Part shown: positions 63,384-64,000 of the stretch, one piece after another
Position numbering within the stretch: position 1 is the first letter of the stretch
How the letters are laid out: every line of letters begins with the position of its first letter
DNA from: Alphaproteobacteria bacterium
GTDB lineage: Bacteria; Pseudomonadota; Alphaproteobacteria; SHVV01
DNA: 64,000 bases
Direction of reading: 5' to 3'
Assembly: GCA_965261735.1 (NCBI GenBank)
Contig: OZ253470.1
Coordinates: 2,432,001 to 2,496,000, forward strand
Notes under the pieces: model-generated
The model's input: the letters and a program-made list of their open reading frames with translations, nothing else
Told to the model about the DNA's origin: nothing
Database searches by the model: none
Position numbers and translations under genes: made by a program

Positions 63384-64000
63384 TCAGCGTGTGTTTCGTT
63401 GGTTGTGCGTCGTCTCGCCCGTGCCGAACGCACGGGAAACCGACGACAACTCCAGGTGAAGGTCGCCAATGTCGTCTCGGGGTGCGGTGCCGTGGAAACG
63501 CGCGTACGTCCCCGGCAAGGCATGCACCACCTGCCAGCCCGAGAGAATGCTGTCGACGGGGACGCCGCCTGCGTCCAGCCAGGTGAAGCGGTACATGGCC
63601 GAGAGCTTGTGGCTGGAGTGGTTGTAGAACTCGCCCACCACCCGCGCGAAGCCGCCGGCGTTGAGCGACTGGGTGAAGCTCAACTGCCGCAGCCCCTTGT
63701 TCTTCAAGGTCCTGTCCACCGAGACATGCGGTTTCCACCAGTCGGGGCTGGCGGAGGTATGCTTGGCGGTCGCATGGGCGACGACCAGCTCCTCGGATTC
63801 GGCCAGGGTGTCGTGCCCGTTCGTGGTATCGGTGCTGCTCGCGCGAACAGTCTCCGCCGCCGGCTCCAATTCCATGGCCGCGAGACGAATGTCCATGGCC
63901 GCGAGACGAATGGCGACATCTTCCGGAACCGTATCGATCGCCGCCACGGACCGCACCACCATGTCGCCCGAGCCGCTGGACGTTGCCCCGTCGCTGCTGA
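63384..64000 (-). CDS. YcfL/DUF1425-domain protein (5' end probably outside the window)
   Basis: C-terminal N...L.AMYRFTWLD.GGVPV...W...AP pattern; directly upstream of the LpoB-like gene. Confidence 0.7.
   Translation of the reverse strand, partial: SSDGATSSGSGDMVVRSVAAIDTVPEDVAIRLAAMDIRLAAMELEPAAETVRASSTDTTNGHDTLAESEELVVAHATAKHTSASPDWWKPHVSVDRTLKNKGLRQLSFTQSLNAGGFARVVGEFYNHSSHKLSAMYRFTWLDAGGVPVDSILSGWQVVHALPGTYARFHGTAPRDDIGDLHLELSSVSRAFGTGETTHNQRNTR
63871..63912. repeat. Perfect 21-bp in-frame tandem duplication (TCCATGGCCGCGAGACGAATG x2)
   Basis: Read directly; encodes IRLAAMD-IRLAAME. Confidence 0.9.

Overview
A high-GC chromosomal segment, most consistent with an Alphaproteobacterium (hpf-ptsN pair, DUF1150-Hsp20 pair with an RpoH-type promoter and ROSE hairpin, PleC-like kinase). 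It is visibly eroding: seven IS copies (four of one 1105-bp IS1595-family element, a second IS1595 element, IS630 and IS256), at least four deletion-generated chimeras or remnants (acyl-CoA synthetase::E1-beta, hpf, Glu-Cys-ligase-like::DsrE, dppA::dppF), and several nonsense or frameshifted genes. Functional blocks: (i) a ~17.5-kb methylated-amine cluster (soxBDAG, dimethylglycine-dehydrogenase-like gene, HAD, disrupted TmpA/TmpB-like oxygenase pair, core methionine synthase, betB, SDR, DmdA-like demethylase, BKACE enzyme); (ii) a three-gene unit made of a cryptic 68-aa signal-peptide/CTERM-like micropeptide, a sterol-desaturase-family gene and an exosortase-EpsI fusion split by IS256, which is the best candidate here for an undescribed system; (iii) a DUF1425-LpoB-like-unknown-CsgG-like envelope cluster resembling Campylobacter Cj0090-Cj0093; (iv) assorted oxidoreductases and regulators. 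All calls come from motif and family recognition by eye; no searches were run, and single-base frameshifts in homopolymers could be sequencing errors.
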